Positions 19,596 through 28,983 of a stretch of DNA of 43,791 bases are shown in pieces. This DNA comes from a virus. Lineage: Duplodnaviria; Heunggongvirae; Uroviricota; Caudoviricetes. The notes beneath the pieces were generated by a model. That model did no database searches, had not been told where the DNA came from, and saw only the letters and a list, made by a program, of their open reading frames with translations. Both the position numbers and the translations under genes were made by a program. The stretch lies in IMG/VR virus record IMGVR_UViG_648861009_000009; one strand, 5' to 3'. The first letter of the stretch is position 1; each line of letters starts with the position of its first letter.

Positions 19596-21008
19596 TTACC
19601 AACCGGAGGATGAGGGAACGTATATTTCTGTTTCTTCGCGGACCAATGCCGGGCAATGCATACACATCATCAGCGCATCAGCCAGGTTAGGAGATGGAAT
19701 ACCGAGCTTCTGTTTCATTTCGACCTTAGTCATAAGCTCCAGCTTCCCGTTATTATTGAATTTGCGCTGAATCTGCGTCAGTTCTGCAAACAGCTTCTCC
19801 AGCATCTTCTCGCCTATCGCTTCTTTGTCGAAACTCAGCATGTCGTCGGGGTCTGCATACTCACCGTGGACAACCGCCCGATATGTCAGATACAGCCTGT
19901 CAGCTAGCGCGTAATAGAATTGCGCTCGCTTATTGCGGAATACATCGCCAATAGTGCGAACGTTGTCGCCCTGCACGACTTCATCAGCCCATGCTCCCGC
20001 CTGATATGGTGCATCTTCATCAAATGGCGATTCGCTGCCCTTGAACATCGTAGCGGTGATTTTCTTGCCGGAGAACGCTTCCGTTGTCTGTCTGCGTAGC
20101 CCGGCACCAACACCATCACCATCCCACAGGTAGTGGTCAGAGCCGTCTTCAATCGCCAGCGAAGTAGCCCAGTCAGCACCCTCGTTGATGTCCATCAGCA
20201 GACCTTCGGCAATGCGCTTAACTACCGAACCGTGACGCGATGCATAACCTTTAGCATCTGGCCCTGTATCTGACGGGTCATGCGCAGAGACAACAGCGCC
20301 TTTCGCTTTCCATCCGAGTTTCTTGTGCGCATCGGTAGCAGCTTCAAGCCATTCACGTTTGAAGATTGCCATATCACTTGCGCTTACTGGCTCACCAAGC
20401 CAGATGTGACGATACAGTGTCGGATTTCTGCGTTTACACTCTTCCATCTCCAGACGGAGAACTTCAGGAAAGTGCGGATTGTCGGTGTAGTTCACCGTCA
20501 GCAGACAAATATCATCGGGAGGATTTACGACGAATCGCTGATAGGTATCGTCGAGGATGTTCTTCGGGTTAAAGCTCACCCATATTTCAGAGAACGGCTT
20601 GCGGATGGTTGGTATCAGGATATCCCACGATTCCTTTGTTACCGCTTCCGCTTCTTCCACCCAGCAGATATCAATGCCTTCGAGCGATTTAATCTTCGTC
20701 GGGTTGTTTTTGATGCCGTAGAACATGAACTCAGCATTCGTTCCGAGATGACGAATCATGGAACGCTGAATTTCAAACTCAGCCGAATACCCCTCCCGCT
20801 CTATGGTGTCTTCAAGCAACCGGATTACTGAATCGCTGATACTGTTTTGCAGTTCACGAGCGCAGAGAATACGCACAGGCTGCCGACGCGCCGCTTCAAC
20901 AAGCAGCCTCGCAATTGCCCATGACTTACCGCTACCTCGACCGCCTTTGGCGACTTTGTAGCGATGCGCCTCAATGAACGGTTCAAAGATAGGATTAATC
21001 GAGGTCAT
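19596..21008 (-). CDS. Terminase large subunit
   Basis: 470 aa; Walker A GGRGSGKS near N-terminus; ATGA overlap with upstream gene. Confidence 0.85.
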   Translation of the reverse strand: MTSINPIFEPFIEAHRYKVAKGGRGSGKSWAIARLLVEAARRQPVRILCARELQNSISDSVIRLLEDTIEREGYSAEFEIQRSMIRHLGTNAEFMFYGIKNNPTKIKSLEGIDICWVEEAEAVTKESWDILIPTIRKPFSEIWVSFNPKNILDDTYQRFVVNPPDDICLLTVNYTDNPHFPEVLRLEMEECKRRNPTLYRHIWLGEPVSASDMAIFKREWLEAATDAHKKLGWKAKGAVVSAHDPSDTGPDAKGYASRHGSVVKRIAEGLLMDINEGADWATSLAIEDGSDHYLWDGDGVGAGLRRQTTEAFSGKKITATMFKGSESPFDEDAPYQAGAWADEVVQGDNVRTIGDVFRNKRAQFYYALADRLYLTYRAVVHGEYADPDDMLSFDKEAIGEKMLEKLFAELTQIQRKFNNNGKLELMTKVEMKQKLGIPSPNLADALMMCMHCPALVREETEIYVPSSSGW

Positions 21009-21430
21009 TTTCCGAATAGAGTGCTCATCGGTGATGTTTCAATCTGGATTGCGCCGCCGTCCTTACCGACAAGCTCGTTAGTTACCTTGTCGCCATACTT
21101 ACGGGGATTCATTCTGGCCAGCGCCCATTTGCGGGTATCAACGCGAAGTCTTGCCTTTGCCACTTCAGCAGCATCTGGAATCGCAGTGTCAGCAATTTCG
21201 AATATCTCTTCGAAAATAGAATCAGCTCGTGCCTCAGTTGCCTTCGCGTACTTGTCTCTAAATTCTTCATGCTCTGACAGCCAGCGAAATACAGTAGCCT
21301 TTGCTGGCATGCCGGGGCGCTTGCAAACCTTAACCAGACTTTCCCCGGAGGCAAGCAGCGCACAGATATCATCAGCCACCTCCGGCAGGTAATCCGAAGG
21401 GCGACCGACATTCTTTTTCTCAGTCGCCAT
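21005..21430 (-). CDS. Terminase small subunit
   Basis: 141-aa ORF immediately upstream of and overlapping large terminase. Confidence 0.6.
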   Translation of the reverse strand: MATEKKNVGRPSDYLPEVADDICALLASGESLVKVCKRPGMPAKATVFRWLSEHEEFRDKYAKATEARADSIFEEIFEIADTAIPDAAEVAKARLRVDTRKWALARMNPRKYGDKVTNELVGKDGGAIQIETSPMSTLFGK

Positions 21431-21524
21431 ATTGATTATTTCCCTTCTGTTTGCTTATCCCACTCTTCGCGGAATTTGGATGGGTTGTCGAAGCCCTGAG
21501 AGCATGAACAAACTTTGATTACCA

Positions 21525-21719
21525 TTACTTAGCTCCTTCCTGCTTGCCTGTGTTTGATGTCGTTTCAGCAGCAGCCCCGGAGCAATTAACGCTACCCGCA
21601 ACACCATATCCATAACCAGTCTTGAAGAAATTGTTGCCAGTAAATTGGTTAACAATCTTCCCGCAGCACGGGCAGCGTTGGCATTGGCAATAAGGGGATT
21701 GATTATTCCAGTGATACAT
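21525..21719 (-). CDS. Small Cys-rich protein (CQCQRCPCC)
   Basis: Internal ATG at 21719 with RBS AGGAGA; 64 aa. Confidence 0.45.
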   Translation of the reverse strand: MYHWNNQSPYCQCQRCPCCGKIVNQFTGNNFFKTGYGYGVAGSVNCSGAAAETTSNTGKQEGAK

Positions 21720-22092
21720 CTTGTTTCTCCTGAATGAATGGCAGGAAGTGATTAACCATCCTGTCCAGCATGTAACAGTACGTCTCGTTGGCATCTTCAG
21801 GCCTTGTCGTCACGCCGACATCAGAGCAAACGTAAAAGCAGACGTGGGCGCACTCATGAACGAGCGTAGCGATCTGCTGATCGAATACTCCAATCAGATA
21901 GCATCGCTCACCCGTATCAGTGTTTTCATAGTTGCTTGCAAGCCCAAGATTGAATGGCTTCTCATCCCCGCTGCCGCCAAGGAATTTATCAGCGTGCTGA
22001 AACTGTTCTCTGGTTGTTGCGAGGTAGACGTGTGCACTTTGAAACAGCGGAATGGTGAACGCCGGGAGTTTGTGCCATTTGGCCTTAGCCAT
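21703..22092 (-). CDS. Hypothetical protein with HExxH motif (possible zinc metallopeptidase)
   Basis: 129-aa ORF; LVHECAHV; RBS GGAG; start overlaps upstream stop. Confidence 0.5.
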   Translation of the reverse strand: MAKAKWHKLPAFTIPLFQSAHVYLATTREQFQHADKFLGGSGDEKPFNLGLASNYENTDTGERCYLIGVFDQQIATLVHECAHVCFYVCSDVGVTTRPEDANETYCYMLDRMVNHFLPFIQEKQDVSLE

Positions 22093-22093
22093 A

Positions 22094-22336
22094 TCACACT
22101 CCAGCGGTGAACAGGTCTAACGCTTCCTTCGATTTACGCACCGCTTCGATAGTGCGGGTCGTGATATCCGAATTAGCGCCGCCTGACTGGAAGTGAATTT
22201 TGAATAGCTCAAGCTTCAGCTCGTCAGTGCCAATGAACTGAAATGCTTCTTCTGCGGCTGCGTTCTGGTTCATGACCAGTTTGTAAATCTCTAACTGGAA
22301 TTTCTGTTCTTCAGTCATGGGAATAATCTCTGCCAT
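22094..22336 (-). CDS. Hypothetical protein
   Basis: 80-aa ORF, first gene of 3-gene cluster. Confidence 0.45.
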   Translation of the reverse strand: MAEIIPMTEEQKFQLEIYKLVMNQNAAAEEAFQFIGTDELKLELFKIHFQSGGANSDITTRTIEAVRKSKEALDLFTAGV

Positions 22337-22443
22337 TGTTGGCTCCGTTTATCCGTTAAAAGGGATATCAGTTAAGTTATCCCGTGTAGGGTATAAGCCA
22401 TTATCAAAGCCACTCTGTAGGGAATGGCTTTTGTGATGGCAAT

Positions 22444-22466
22444 AAAAAAGGCCGCCTGAGCGACCT
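22444..22466 (-). terminator. Rho-independent terminator
   Basis: Minus-strand AGGTCGC-TCAG-GCGGCCT then TTTTTT. Confidence 0.55.
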
Positions 22467-22483
22467 TTCATTTTTCATCCGTT

Positions 22484-22702
22484 TTAATCATCTGGGTAAT
22501 TAAGCGGCATCCAGTGTGTAACCTTGCTTGCTCCTGAATCGATGAATGCCTTGGTTCTCTGCCAGTAAGAGCCCATACATGATAGTTTGAACACGTCACC
22601 AGTATCAGTAATAGCTATAACCTCTTTAGACCACATCCCTTCTTTGCTTTCTGGTAGCCGGTGTTCAACATTGACCCATTGGTTTCCGTTATCATCCATC
22701 AC
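22484..22702 (-). CDS. DUF551-like phage protein
   Basis: 72 aa; W...LP......THWMPL pattern. Confidence 0.55.
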   Translation of the reverse strand: MMDDNGNQWVNVEHRLPESKEGMWSKEVIAITDTGDVFKLSCMGSYWQRTKAFIDSGASKVTHWMPLNYPDD

Positions 22703-22986
22703 AACCTCGTCTAGTTGTTCGCCATAGATTCAGTGGCAGGCGGTGACGAGTCCGCTTTTCGGGAGCTACCCTAGCCACTGCTTGATTCTATCCGATGTCT
22801 TTCCATCAGTCCGCCACCACAAAGAATCTTTTTTGCCATAAGGCTGGAGGTTCATCTTTCAGTGGCTGCCAGTGTTATTTCCCCACTTTCTGGCTTGGGT
22901 TGTTTCGCTGTACTGCCGCAACTGGTTGCCCAGAATAAATTCCGGTTTCATTATCAAGCCCACCCGTAGATAGGCTTTGTAATGAC

Positions 22987-23175
22987 TTACCCCAGCTTTG
23001 CTCGCACCAGCGCATCTTTAGCTTCGAGCAGCTTGCGGAGACCTGCTGACTTTTCAGCACTGTCCGGCAGTGATTCATCCATCAGTGTCGCAAGGTCACC
23101 GATTGGCTTACTTATTTCCTGCAGATGCGCAGGGAGGTGTTGATAAGCGAAATACTTCATGATTGGAGATGACAT
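22987..23175 (-). CDS. Hypothetical protein downstream of Rz
   Basis: 62-aa ORF. Confidence 0.4.
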   Translation of the reverse strand: MSSPIMKYFAYQHLPAHLQEISKPIGDLATLMDESLPDSAEKSAGLRKLLEAKDALVRAKLG

Positions 23176-23225
23176 TATTTACCCTCGGTTAGTAAAAAGC
23201 CTCGCTATTACGAGGCTATGATTGT

Positions 23226-23693
23226 TCATTTCAGGCACTGCGTGTTGATGTATTCCTGCAGCGCTCTCAGTGATGTTTGGTCGCTGATGATTCCGGATCT
23301 GATACTGAGAACGTTTCGTCCAGCAACTGGAGAGAGTTCGACGGTGGCATCATTGCCCATGCCGGAGGTGCGGGAGGTTTCGGTTGAGGCTGGCACTTGA
23401 CACTTTCCTTTGACGAGCACCCTGCCACCATTATCAAGCTTGCGCCGAAGAGCATCATTTTCAGCTTTCGCATCAGCTAACTCCTTCGTGTATTTTGCAT
23501 CGAGCGCAGCAACATCACGCTGACGCTGCTGCATGTCAGAGATGGTGGCGGTCGCCTGCTTCAGCTCACTGACTTTTTTATCGCGCTGCTCTTTGTAGGC
23601 GATTGCGTTATCACGGTAATGATTAACAGCCCATGACAGACAGACGATGATGCAGATAACCAGAGCGGAGATAATCGCGGTTACTCTGCTCAT
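23226..23693 (-). CDS. Rz: Spanin inner-membrane subunit Rz
   Basis: [31 protein letters not shown] near-identical to lambda Rz. Confidence 0.9.
   Translation of the reverse strand: MSRVTAIISALVICIIVCLSWAVNHYRDNAIAYKEQRDKKVSELKQATATISDMQQRQRDVAALDAKYTKELADAKAENDALRRKLDNGGRVLVKGKCQVPASTETSRTSGMGNDATVELSPVAGRNVLSIRSGIISDQTSLRALQEYINTQCLK
23267..23473 (-). CDS. Rz1: Spanin outer-membrane lipoprotein Rz1 (embedded in Rz)
   Basis: +1-frame ORF inside Rz; lipobox VAGC; Pro-rich. Confidence 0.75.
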   Translation of the reverse strand: MRKLKMMLFGASLIMVAGCSSKESVKCQPQPKPPAPPAWAMMPPSNSLQLLDETFSVSDPESSATKHH

Positions 23694-24166
23694 ACCTCAA
23701 TCTCTCTGACCGTTCCGCCAGCTTCTTTGAATTTTGCAATCAGGTTGTCAGCCTTATGCTCGAACTGACCATAACCAGCGCCCGGCAGTGAAGCCCAGAT
23801 ATTGCTGCAACGGTCGATTGCCTGACGAATATCACCGCGATCAATCATCGGTAAAGCGCCACGCTCTTTAATCTGCTGCAGCGCAACAGCGTCCTGGCTT
23901 TTGGGAGAGAAGTCTTTCAGGCCAAGCTGCTTACGATAGGCATCCCACCAACGGGAAAGAAGCTGATAGCGCCCGGCTGCTGTTGATTTGAGTTTTGGGT
24001 TTAGCGTGACAAGTTTGCGAGGGTGATCGGAGTAATCGGTAAATAGCTCTCCGCCTACAATGACGTCATAACCATGATTTCTGGTTTTCTGACGTCCATT
24101 ATCAGTTCCCTCTGACCACGCCAGCATATCGAGGAACGCCTTACGTTGATTATTGATTTCCACCAT
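23690..24166 (-). CDS. R: Endolysin R (lytic transglycosylase)
   Basis: 158 aa; [39 protein letters not shown] near-identical to lambda R. Confidence 0.95.
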   Translation of the reverse strand: MVEINNQRKAFLDMLAWSEGTDNGRQKTRNHGYDVIVGGELFTDYSDHPRKLVTLNPKLKSTAAGRYQLLSRWWDAYRKQLGLKDFSPKSQDAVALQQIKERGALPMIDRGDIRQAIDRCSNIWASLPGAGYGQFEHKADNLIAKFKEAGGTVREIEV

Positions 24167-24473
24167 CTTCTACTCCGGCTTTTTTAGCAGCGAAGCGTTT
24201 GATAAGCGACCCAATCGAGTCAGTACCGATGTAGCCGATGAACACGCTCGTTATATAAGCGAGATTGCTACTTAGTCCTGCGAAGTCGAGAAGGTCACGA
24301 ATGAACCAGGCGATAATGGCGCACATCGTTGCGTCGATTACTGTTTTTGTAAACGCACCGCCATTATATCTGCCGCGAAGGTACGCCATTGCAAACGCAA
24401 GGATTGCCCCGATGCCTTGTTCCTTTGCCGCGAGAATGGCGGCTAACAGGTCATGTTTTTCTGGCATCTTCAT
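24150..24473 (-). CDS. S: Holin S (dual-start S107/S105)
   Basis: 107 aa; [34 protein letters not shown] near-identical to lambda S. Confidence 0.95.
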   Translation of the reverse strand: MKMPEKHDLLAAILAAKEQGIGAILAFAMAYLRGRYNGGAFTKTVIDATMCAIIAWFIRDLLDFAGLSSNLAYITSVFIGYIGTDSIGSLIKRFAAKKAGVEDGGNQ

Positions 24474-24771
24474 GTCTTACCCCCAATAAGGGGATTTGCT
24501 CTATTTAATTAGGAATAAGGTCGATTACTGATAGAACAAATCCAGGCTACTGTGTTTAGTAATCAGATTTGTTCGTGACCGATATGCACGGGCAAAACGG
24601 CAGGAGGTTGTTAGCGCAACCTCATGCCACCCGCTTTCACGAAGCCAGCCATTGCGCTGGTTTTCTTTTATGCAAAGCACACCGCACCGTAGCCACAGCG
24701 GATAAGGTGATTATTTTTGTCTGTCTGGTATTTGGTTTGATGCGCTTTCAGAAAGGTCGTGCTTAAAACGC

Positions 24772-24800
24772 AAAAAGCCCCGAGCTATTAACTCAGGGCT
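24772..24800 (-). terminator. tR'-like terminator ~40-60 nt downstream of pR'
   Basis: Minus-strand AGCCCTGAG-TTAATAG-CTCGGGGCT followed by TTTTT. Confidence 0.7.
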
Positions 24801-24835
24801 TTATTTAACGAGTGCATTTATCCATCGTTGAGTCA

Positions 24836-24864
24836 AATTTACCCAACTTTATTCAAAAAGTCAA
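24836..24864 (-). promoter_or_regulatory. Late promoter pR' (Q target, qut region)
   Basis: Minus-strand TTGACT-17 bp-TAAATT then TGACTCAACGATGG as in lambda pR'. Confidence 0.75.
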
Positions 24865-24906
24865 TATTATGCCGTTAATATGTTGCCATCCGTGGCAATC
24901 ATGCTG

Positions 24907-25530
24907 CTAACGTGTGACCGCATTCAAAATGTTGTCTGCGATTGACTCTTCTTTGTGGCATTGCACCACCAGAGCGTCATACAGCGGCTTAACAGTGCGT
25001 GACCAGGTGGGTTGAGTAAGGTTTGGGATTAGCATCGTTACAGCGCGATATGCGGCGCTTGCTGGCATTCTTGAATAGCCGACACCTTTGCATCTTCCGC
25101 ACTCTTTCTCAACAACTCTCCCCCACTGCTCCGTTTTGGCTATATCAACCGCCCGACCTGTACCGTGGCAATCTCTGCATCTTGCGCCCGGCGTCGCGGC
25201 ACTACGGCAATAATCCGCATAAGCGAATGTTGCGAGCACTTGCAGTACCTTTGCCTTAGTATTTCCTTCAAGCTTTGCCACACCACGGTATTTCCCCGAT
25301 ACCTTGTGTGCAAATTGCATCAGATAGTTGATAGCCTTTTGTTTGTCGTTCTGGCTGAGTTCGTGCTTACCGCAGAATGCAGCCATACCGAATCCGGCTT
25401 GTGATTGCGCCATCCCCATAGCAGCCATCACATCAGTACCGGAAAGAGAGTCAGAAGCCGTGGCCCGTGGTGAGTCGCTCATCATCGGGCTTTTTGGCGA
25501 GTGAAATTTAGCTACGCTTTCGAGTCTCAT
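24907..25530 (-). CDS. Q: Late antiterminator Q (lambda type)
   Basis: 207 aa; matches remembered lambda Q including Cys-rich zinc-binding region. Confidence 0.92.
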   Translation of the reverse strand: MRLESVAKFHSPKSPMMSDSPRATASDSLSGTDVMAAMGMAQSQAGFGMAAFCGKHELSQNDKQKAINYLMQFAHKVSGKYRGVAKLEGNTKAKVLQVLATFAYADYCRSAATPGARCRDCHGTGRAVDIAKTEQWGRVVEKECGRCKGVGYSRMPASAAYRAVTMLIPNLTQPTWSRTVKPLYDALVVQCHKEESIADNILNAVTR

Positions 25531-25715
25531 GGTCTTCCCCTCTTGCCCTGTTTGACCATCAGGACGCCGTTAACTATTACGTGACGCTCGCCTTTGCTGT
25601 CTCGGTTGTACTTGAGCACTGTTCCTCTTGCGCAGGAAAGCATCCTCGCCACTTCGGTCTGATTGCCTCGTGTCTGGATAAGAAGCTCTGGTATCGTTTG
25701 AATTATGGCGTTCAT
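25527..25715 (-). CDS. ninH: NinH
   Basis: 62 aa; GNQTEVARMLSCARGTVLKY...HVIVNGVLMV matches lambda NinH. Confidence 0.8.
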   Translation of the reverse strand: MNAIIQTIPELLIQTRGNQTEVARMLSCARGTVLKYNRDSKGERHVIVNGVLMVKQGKRGRP

Positions 25716-26074
25716 GCGTTCTCCAGTTCGGTTATTTTTATTCCAAGCCTTCCGCCTGGTACTTTCACGCCACGAATTACGCGAATGTCATCGAATTGCT
25801 CGTCGTCTTCCGCAAATCCAGCGTGGATAAGGGAGTCGAGTAAACCTTTCAGGATGTTGTCGAGGTCGCGGCGGCGGGAGTCTGGAACGTCTGCGATGAC
25901 TTTGATACGGAGTCGTGATTTGGTGAAAATGTCTAACTTGAGTTGGCGGATGATTTTCTGAACGTCTTTTCTGTATTTCTGGCCTTTATCGCTAATGTAA
26001 TATTGGCTTCCTCGTCTTCGCCAGTAGGTATTCACCGACGGTGGGTATGGAAGCACAAACTGATATTCGTTCAT
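25712..26074 (-). CDS. rusA: Holliday junction resolvase RusA
   Basis: 120 aa; RRRDLDNILKGLLDSLIHAGF and GGRLGIKITELE match RusA. Confidence 0.85.
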   Translation of the reverse strand: MNEYQFVLPYPPSVNTYWRRRGSQYYISDKGQKYRKDVQKIIRQLKLDIFTKSRLRIKVIADVPDSRRRDLDNILKGLLDSLIHAGFAEDDEQFDDIRVIRGVKVPGGRLGIKITELENA

Positions 26075-26361
26075 GACTTAATCTTCCCCTCCTTCAGCAG
26101 TATCGCCTGCGTCCTGATCACGCCTTCGAGGTGGTAAAGTCTGGCGTCTTTGTTGTCGAGGTTATGGGTGCGTCGGTCGATTTCATCGTGACACGCGCTA
26201 CAAGCCCATGCTCCGATCAGGTCGTCAGGTTTCATTCCCGTTCCGCAAATTCCAGCCATCCGGTAATGTGCCAGAACTGTAGTTTCAGGATTACCATTGC
26301 ATACGCCGTAAATACGTACCTGGCATTCTCTTCCGCGCGCTTCTTTGCGTAGGTTAGCCAT
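26071..26361 (-). CDS. YbcO-like (DUF1364) protein
   Basis: 96 aa; ARGRECQVRIYGVCNGNPETTVLAHYR...CSACHDEIDRRTH. Confidence 0.7.
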   Translation of the reverse strand: MANLRKEARGRECQVRIYGVCNGNPETTVLAHYRMAGICGTGMKPDDLIGAWACSACHDEIDRRTHNLDNKDARLYHLEGVIRTQAILLKEGKIKS

Positions 26362-26566
26362 TTACCTTCCCTCGCAATTGAAGAATTGACTGAAGGTCTT
26401 TTTTAATAAATATGCGAGTGCGAATTGAGCAGTAGTTTTCCTTCATTCTGGCGTAGTAATAGTCCTTTCGTTGTTTAAGCTTGTTGGCATCCGCTGTCAT
26501 CCAGTCTTTTACAGCAAACTTAATTAACCAGCGGTGGCAGAGATACCATTTCAGGTAATCATTCAT
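26354..26566 (-). CDS. Hypothetical protein
   Basis: 70-aa ORF in nin region. Confidence 0.4.
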   Translation of the reverse strand: MNDYLKWYLCHRWLIKFAVKDWMTADANKLKQRKDYYYARMKENYCSIRTRIFIKKDLQSILQLRGKVNG

Positions 26567-26735
26567 CGTCTTCTTCCTCGTACATTGAGCTATTCGGATC
26601 GCTCATCAGTTCTGCGCAGCAGTGCTCACACACGTGAACTTCCAGCACATGCAGCTTCTGGCCGCAGTTAGCGCACGTTAAAGCTCGCTCGACGCTTTCT
26701 TTCTGGTATTGAAGGGATTGGGATGGGCTAAGCAT
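26559..26735 (-). CDS. ninF: NinF
   Basis: Internal start gives [46 protein letters not shown] matching lambda NinF. Confidence 0.7.
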   Translation of the reverse strand: MLSPSQSLQYQKESVERALTCANCGQKLHVLEVHVCEHCCAELMSDPNSSMYEEEDDE

Positions 26736-27135
26736 GGCTTTCACCATTAAAAAGTCGCTTGTAAGCATCAATGTCTCGTTTTGCTTCACCAAGCTTTCGT
26801 CTTAATTCCATGTTTTCTGATTCAAGCTTTTCCATGTCTTGTTGGTATCGATCGCGGTGTTCTTTCCATGCTTTTTGATACGCCTTCATGTATGTCATGT
26901 TGGCCTTTCTCTTTGCCTGACGAACTGCGTGGTGGTTTTTCACAAACCAGTCAGGGTCGTTAAATGCTGCTCTGGCGCATGTATACCAATAATTTGTTGC
27001 CTCCCTGTTTAGCCAATAAATACTGATAAATGGCAACCGGATAGACACCATTTTTCGTTGTGACTCTTTCTCGCCAAACATGTGGCCTTTTTTGATGCTA
27101 AGTCCAAATCCAGGTTGAATTAAAAGCATTGTCAT
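26728..27135 (-). CDS. Hypothetical protein with C-terminal coiled coil (inserted between ninE and ninF)
   Basis: ORF 26728-27171; ATG at 27135 overlaps ninE stop (ATGA). Confidence 0.45.
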   Translation of the reverse strand: MTMLLIQPGFGLSIKKGHMFGEKESQRKMVSIRLPFISIYWLNREATNYWYTCARAAFNDPDWFVKNHHAVRQAKRKANMTYMKAYQKAWKEHRDRYQQDMEKLESENMELRRKLGEAKRDIDAYKRLFNGESHA

Positions 27136-27308
27136 TTCCTCGCGCGATGTCTTAGCCACCGGATATCCCACAGGTGAGCCGTGTAGTTGAAGGTTTTTAC
27201 GTCAGATTCTTTTGGGATTGGCTTGCGTTTATTTCTGGAGAGTTTCGTTGGAAGGTATTTGCAGTTTTCGCAGATGATGTCGGTGATACTTCGTCGCTGT
27301 CGCCTCAT
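27132..27308 (-). CDS. ninE: NinE
   Basis: Internal start gives [22 protein letters not shown]...[14 protein letters not shown] matching lambda NinE. Confidence 0.75.
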   Translation of the reverse strand: MRRQRRSITDIICENCKYLPTKLSRNKRKPIPKESDVKTFNYTAHLWDIRWLRHRARK

Positions 27309-28309
27309 GCCGCCCTCCTGACGCCCTGCCCGATCGCCATCAATGCCGCTTTGGATACGGTAGTAAACATCCGTCGAGGACTGATGAACGGTCGCCAAAT
27401 CAGCAGCATGGAGCCTTTGCTGTTTCCCTTCTTCTCTAGCCCCGTCGATGGTTCGATAAAATTAATCCGTCCATCAGTGATAATACGAACTTCGTCAACA
27501 CTCTCCAGAGCCTTGCTGAACCATCCGACTGACATATCCTCTGGCACAAGCATAACTACCGTCTGTCGCTGTTGTATGCACTGCTCAGCGGCTTTTTCCA
27601 CCCACGGCCTGATATTGCTGTACGGTGGGTTATTCCAGATTGCACCGTGGCTTACCCACTCAGAATTGAGCGCGTCGTCGGCCTCAGTTAGCCAGTGAGC
27701 GCACAGAGCATTTTTGNNNNNNNNNNNNNNNNNNNNNNNNNNNNNNNNNNNNNNNNNNNNNNNNNNNNNNNNNNNNNNNNNNNNNNNNNNNNNNNNNNNN
27801 NNNNNNNNNNNNNNNNNNNNNNNNNNNNNNNNNNNNNNNNNNNNNNNNNNNNNNNNNNNNNNNNNNNNNNNNNNNNNNNNNNNNNNNNNNNNNNNNNNNN
27901 NNNNNNNNNNNNNNNNNNNNNNNNNNNNNNNNNNNNNNNNNNNNNNNNNNNNNNNNNNNNNNNNNNNNNNNNNNNNNNNNNNNNAGCCTTGCTGAACCAT
28001 CCGACTGACATTATCCTCTGGCACAAGCATAACTACCGTCTGTCGCTGTTGTATGCACTGCTCAGCGGCTTTTTCCACCCACGGCCTGATATTGCTGTAC
28101 GGTGGGTTATTCCAGATTGCACCGTGGCTTACCCACTCAGAATTGAGCGCGTCGTCGGCCTCAGTTAGCCAGTGAGCGCACAGAGCATTTTTGTCGCTCG
28201 CTGCCGAATCCAGCCAGAATCCAAACTCAATATCCAGTGCATCAAAAAGCCAAAGCGGCGTTTGCCAGCAGTCCTTGTCGTGTGCTGGCGTATTTGATTT
28301 GATAGTCAT
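27305..28309 (-). CDS. Phage N6-adenine DNA methyltransferase (Dam-like), reading frame spans assembly gap and duplicated flank
   Basis: [19 protein letters not shown]...AIWNNPPYS (NPPY motif IV); gap 27717-27984; true gene probably ~180 codons. Confidence 0.7.
   Translation of the reverse strand: MTIKSNTPAHDKDCWQTPLWLFDALDIEFGFWLDSAASDKNALCAHWLTEADDALNSEWVSHGAIWNNPPYSNIRPWVEKAAEQCIQQRQTVVMLVPEDNVSRMVQQGXXXXXXXXXXXXXXXXXXXXXXXXXXXXXXXXXXXXXXXXXXXXXXXXXXXXXXXXXXXXXXXXXXXXXXXXXXXXXXXXXXXXXXXXXXKNALCAHWLTEADDALNSEWVSHGAIWNNPPYSNIRPWVEKAAEQCIQQRQTVVMLVPEDMSVGWFSKALESVDEVRIITDGRINFIEPSTGLEKKGNSKGSMLLIWRPFISPRRMFTTVSKAALMAIGQGVRRAA
27717..27984. other. Assembly gap (268 N) flanked by ~200-bp duplicated sequence
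   Basis: 27510-27716 repeats at 27985-28190 with a 1-nt indel. Confidence 0.9.
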
Positions 28310-28752
28310 GCAGCCTTCCCTTTTCGTTGTGACCATTCATACTCTCGCCGGGAGTCATCACTCCACCGCACGTTGCGCTCTGAGCCGAACCAGAACATGA
28401 TTTCGATAAGCTCAGTCATGCTGGCCTTTCGCATTTTGCTGGTACGCACGCCAAGCATAACAACGCCACCGTCGATACCAGGCGCACTTCGTTGCTCCAG
28501 TTTTTTGGTCTTAAGCCACAGGGCAGTGAACAGATCTTTCCAGTCCTCCGGCGCAAGTCTCTCTCCATGCCAGAGCACCTGACGCGATACGTCCTGCAAT
28601 AACGCCCACATAAGGCGGTTTTGAGGATTGCTCCGCTTTGGTTCTTTAATGTGGACTTCGTGAGGTGACTTGTCGTCGATCGGAAGTGAGAGTATTGCGT
28701 CTATGGCGTTGTTTCTGATTGCTTCGTTGCGAAGCATGTATATTTGCTTCAT
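28306..28752 (-). CDS. ninB: NinB (recombination mediator)
   Basis: SNPQNRLMWALLQDVSRQVLWHGERLAPEDWKDLFTA and C-terminal WS...EW match lambda NinB; start at MKQIYML. Confidence 0.8.
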   Translation of the reverse strand: MKQIYMLRNEAIRNNAIDAILSLPIDDKSPHEVHIKEPKRSNPQNRLMWALLQDVSRQVLWHGERLAPEDWKDLFTALWLKTKKLEQRSAPGIDGGVVMLGVRTSKMRKASMTELIEIMFWFGSERNVRWSDDSRREYEWSQRKGKAA

Positions 28753-28759
28753 CGTTACC

Positions 28760-28966
28760 TCAACTAACAAAACGCCACGCCATTTTTGCTACAGCGACAG
28801 GCATAACACCGATAATCACCCAGACAAATGCAGCGCCAAACAACGTATACCATGGGTCTTTACCGTCATTCACAAGACGAATGTAGCTATGCAGAACAAT
28901 AAATAACGTCAGAAGAATCCATCCAACGCCAACGCATTTGAATGCGACGAGCATAAACTCAGCCAC
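28760..28966 (-). CDS. Small membrane protein (ren position)
   Basis: 68-aa hydrophobic ORF between replication gene and ninB. Confidence 0.4.
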   Translation of the reverse strand: MAEFMLVAFKCVGVGWILLTLFIVLHSYIRLVNDGKDPWYTLFGAAFVWVIIGVMPVAVAKMAWRFVS

Positions 28967-28983
28967 GATTTACTCTCCCCCAA

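Noticed and set aside
21455-21655. 66-aa minus-strand ORF between the Cys-rich gene and terminase
   Set aside because: It overlaps the better-supported Cys-rich ORF (21525-21719) in another frame and lacks an RBS.
22703-22986. 284-bp gap in the late region examined for a small gene or RNA
   Set aside because: Only ~30-codon ORFs without convincing RBS and no clear promoter-terminator pair; insufficient evidence to call a feature.
27688-28168. ORF-track entries 27688-28026, 27695-28168 and 27714-27995 made mostly of X residues
   Set aside because: They are translations of the N-run, not real sequence.
27305-28336. 343-aa ORF spanning the N-run as a single large methyltransferase
   Set aside because: It crosses a 268-N gap and a duplicated flank; the length is an assembly artefact and the real gene is probably ~180 codons.
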